From NCBI GenBank assembly GCA_965235115.1, contig OZ249436.1, positions 55,306,001 through 55,370,000 on the forward strand: a stretch of DNA of 64,000 bases, written 5' to 3'. Under the pieces are notes generated by a model that saw nothing but the letters and a program-made list of their open reading frames with translations, did not search any database and was not told where the DNA came from. Shown piece by piece: positions 63,531 to 64,000 of the stretch (within the stretch, counting starts at the first letter, position 1; every line of letters begins with the position of its first letter). Source of the DNA: Laetmonice hystrix. Its lineage: Eukaryota. The position numbers and the translations under genes are program-made.

Positions 63531-64000
63531 TTAATGGGTTTTTGTATATAACTTATAAGTCTCAACGTCGTTTGGCGCTTTTTGGCTGGGGTCTGGGAAA
63601 ATGATTGCCGTAAGAATGGAGGAGTGGGGTAGTGATGCGGGAATATCTGGTGTTTTACTAGCGGAGAGGGTCCCAGCGACACAACGGACATCAAAGTAAC
63701 CCTTTAACAAGAAACGGCACGTCAAACGCCGTCCTCCAGCTTGACGAACGCCACCAGGTGGCTTCACTAGACGCCGAAGGCCTAGACAACCGGAACAAGT
63801 TACCATATGGTCGCCATGGTTACGAGCCACGTGGGGAGAGCGCCCAATCAGAGGCCAGTCAGAAGTCGTCATCACAGAGAGCTGGCCGGGAGGGAGGTGG
63901 GTGGATGACGACTTGCTGTCCATGATCACTAACAGGAACACGCTCCAAGCAGAGGTGTTGTCGACAGTGGCTGGCCCGCCATCCGATCTGCTTGGAGTGT
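63531..64000 (-). other. Minus-strand open reading frame running to the window edge; possible terminal exon of an antisense gene
   Basis: The frame of ORF 63531..63941 stays open to position 63998 (more than 150 codons) in a locally GC-richer block. No domain is recognisable. Confidence 0.25.

Overview
This is eukaryotic animal DNA, probably from an invertebrate; I did not identify the species. It is intron-rich and dense in repeats. Most entries in the ORF track are spurious, so gene models were built by hand from GT-AG splice sites and reading-frame phase. Three conserved multi-exon genes lie on the + strand: an MFSD4-like MFS transporter (14412-22103, 3 coding exons, 506 aa), an SLC22-family organic cation transporter (23656-41468, 9 coding exons, 550 aa), and a TTLL6/TTLL13-type tubulin polyglutamylase (from about 45994, running off the right edge). 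The most interesting structure is a nested arrangement in the 13.5-kb third intron of the SLC22 gene. It holds a complete same-strand two-exon gene with a TATA box, a 14-nt coding first exon, a signal peptide and a polyA signal, encoding an unrecognised secreted protein of about 305 aa. About 95% of that gene's single intron is a decayed Academ-like DNA transposon with TAG termini and a GTT target-site duplication. Both ends of the host intron are also altered: the donor is tandemly duplicated and the acceptor is amplified into out-of-frame or stop-containing decoys. The rest of the window contains a degenerate LINE RT, a Helentron-type non-autonomous element, many MITEs with readable TIRs and TSDs, a SINE, several minisatellites and a 4-kb higher-order satellite. 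No CRISPR array, rRNA or tRNA gene was found.
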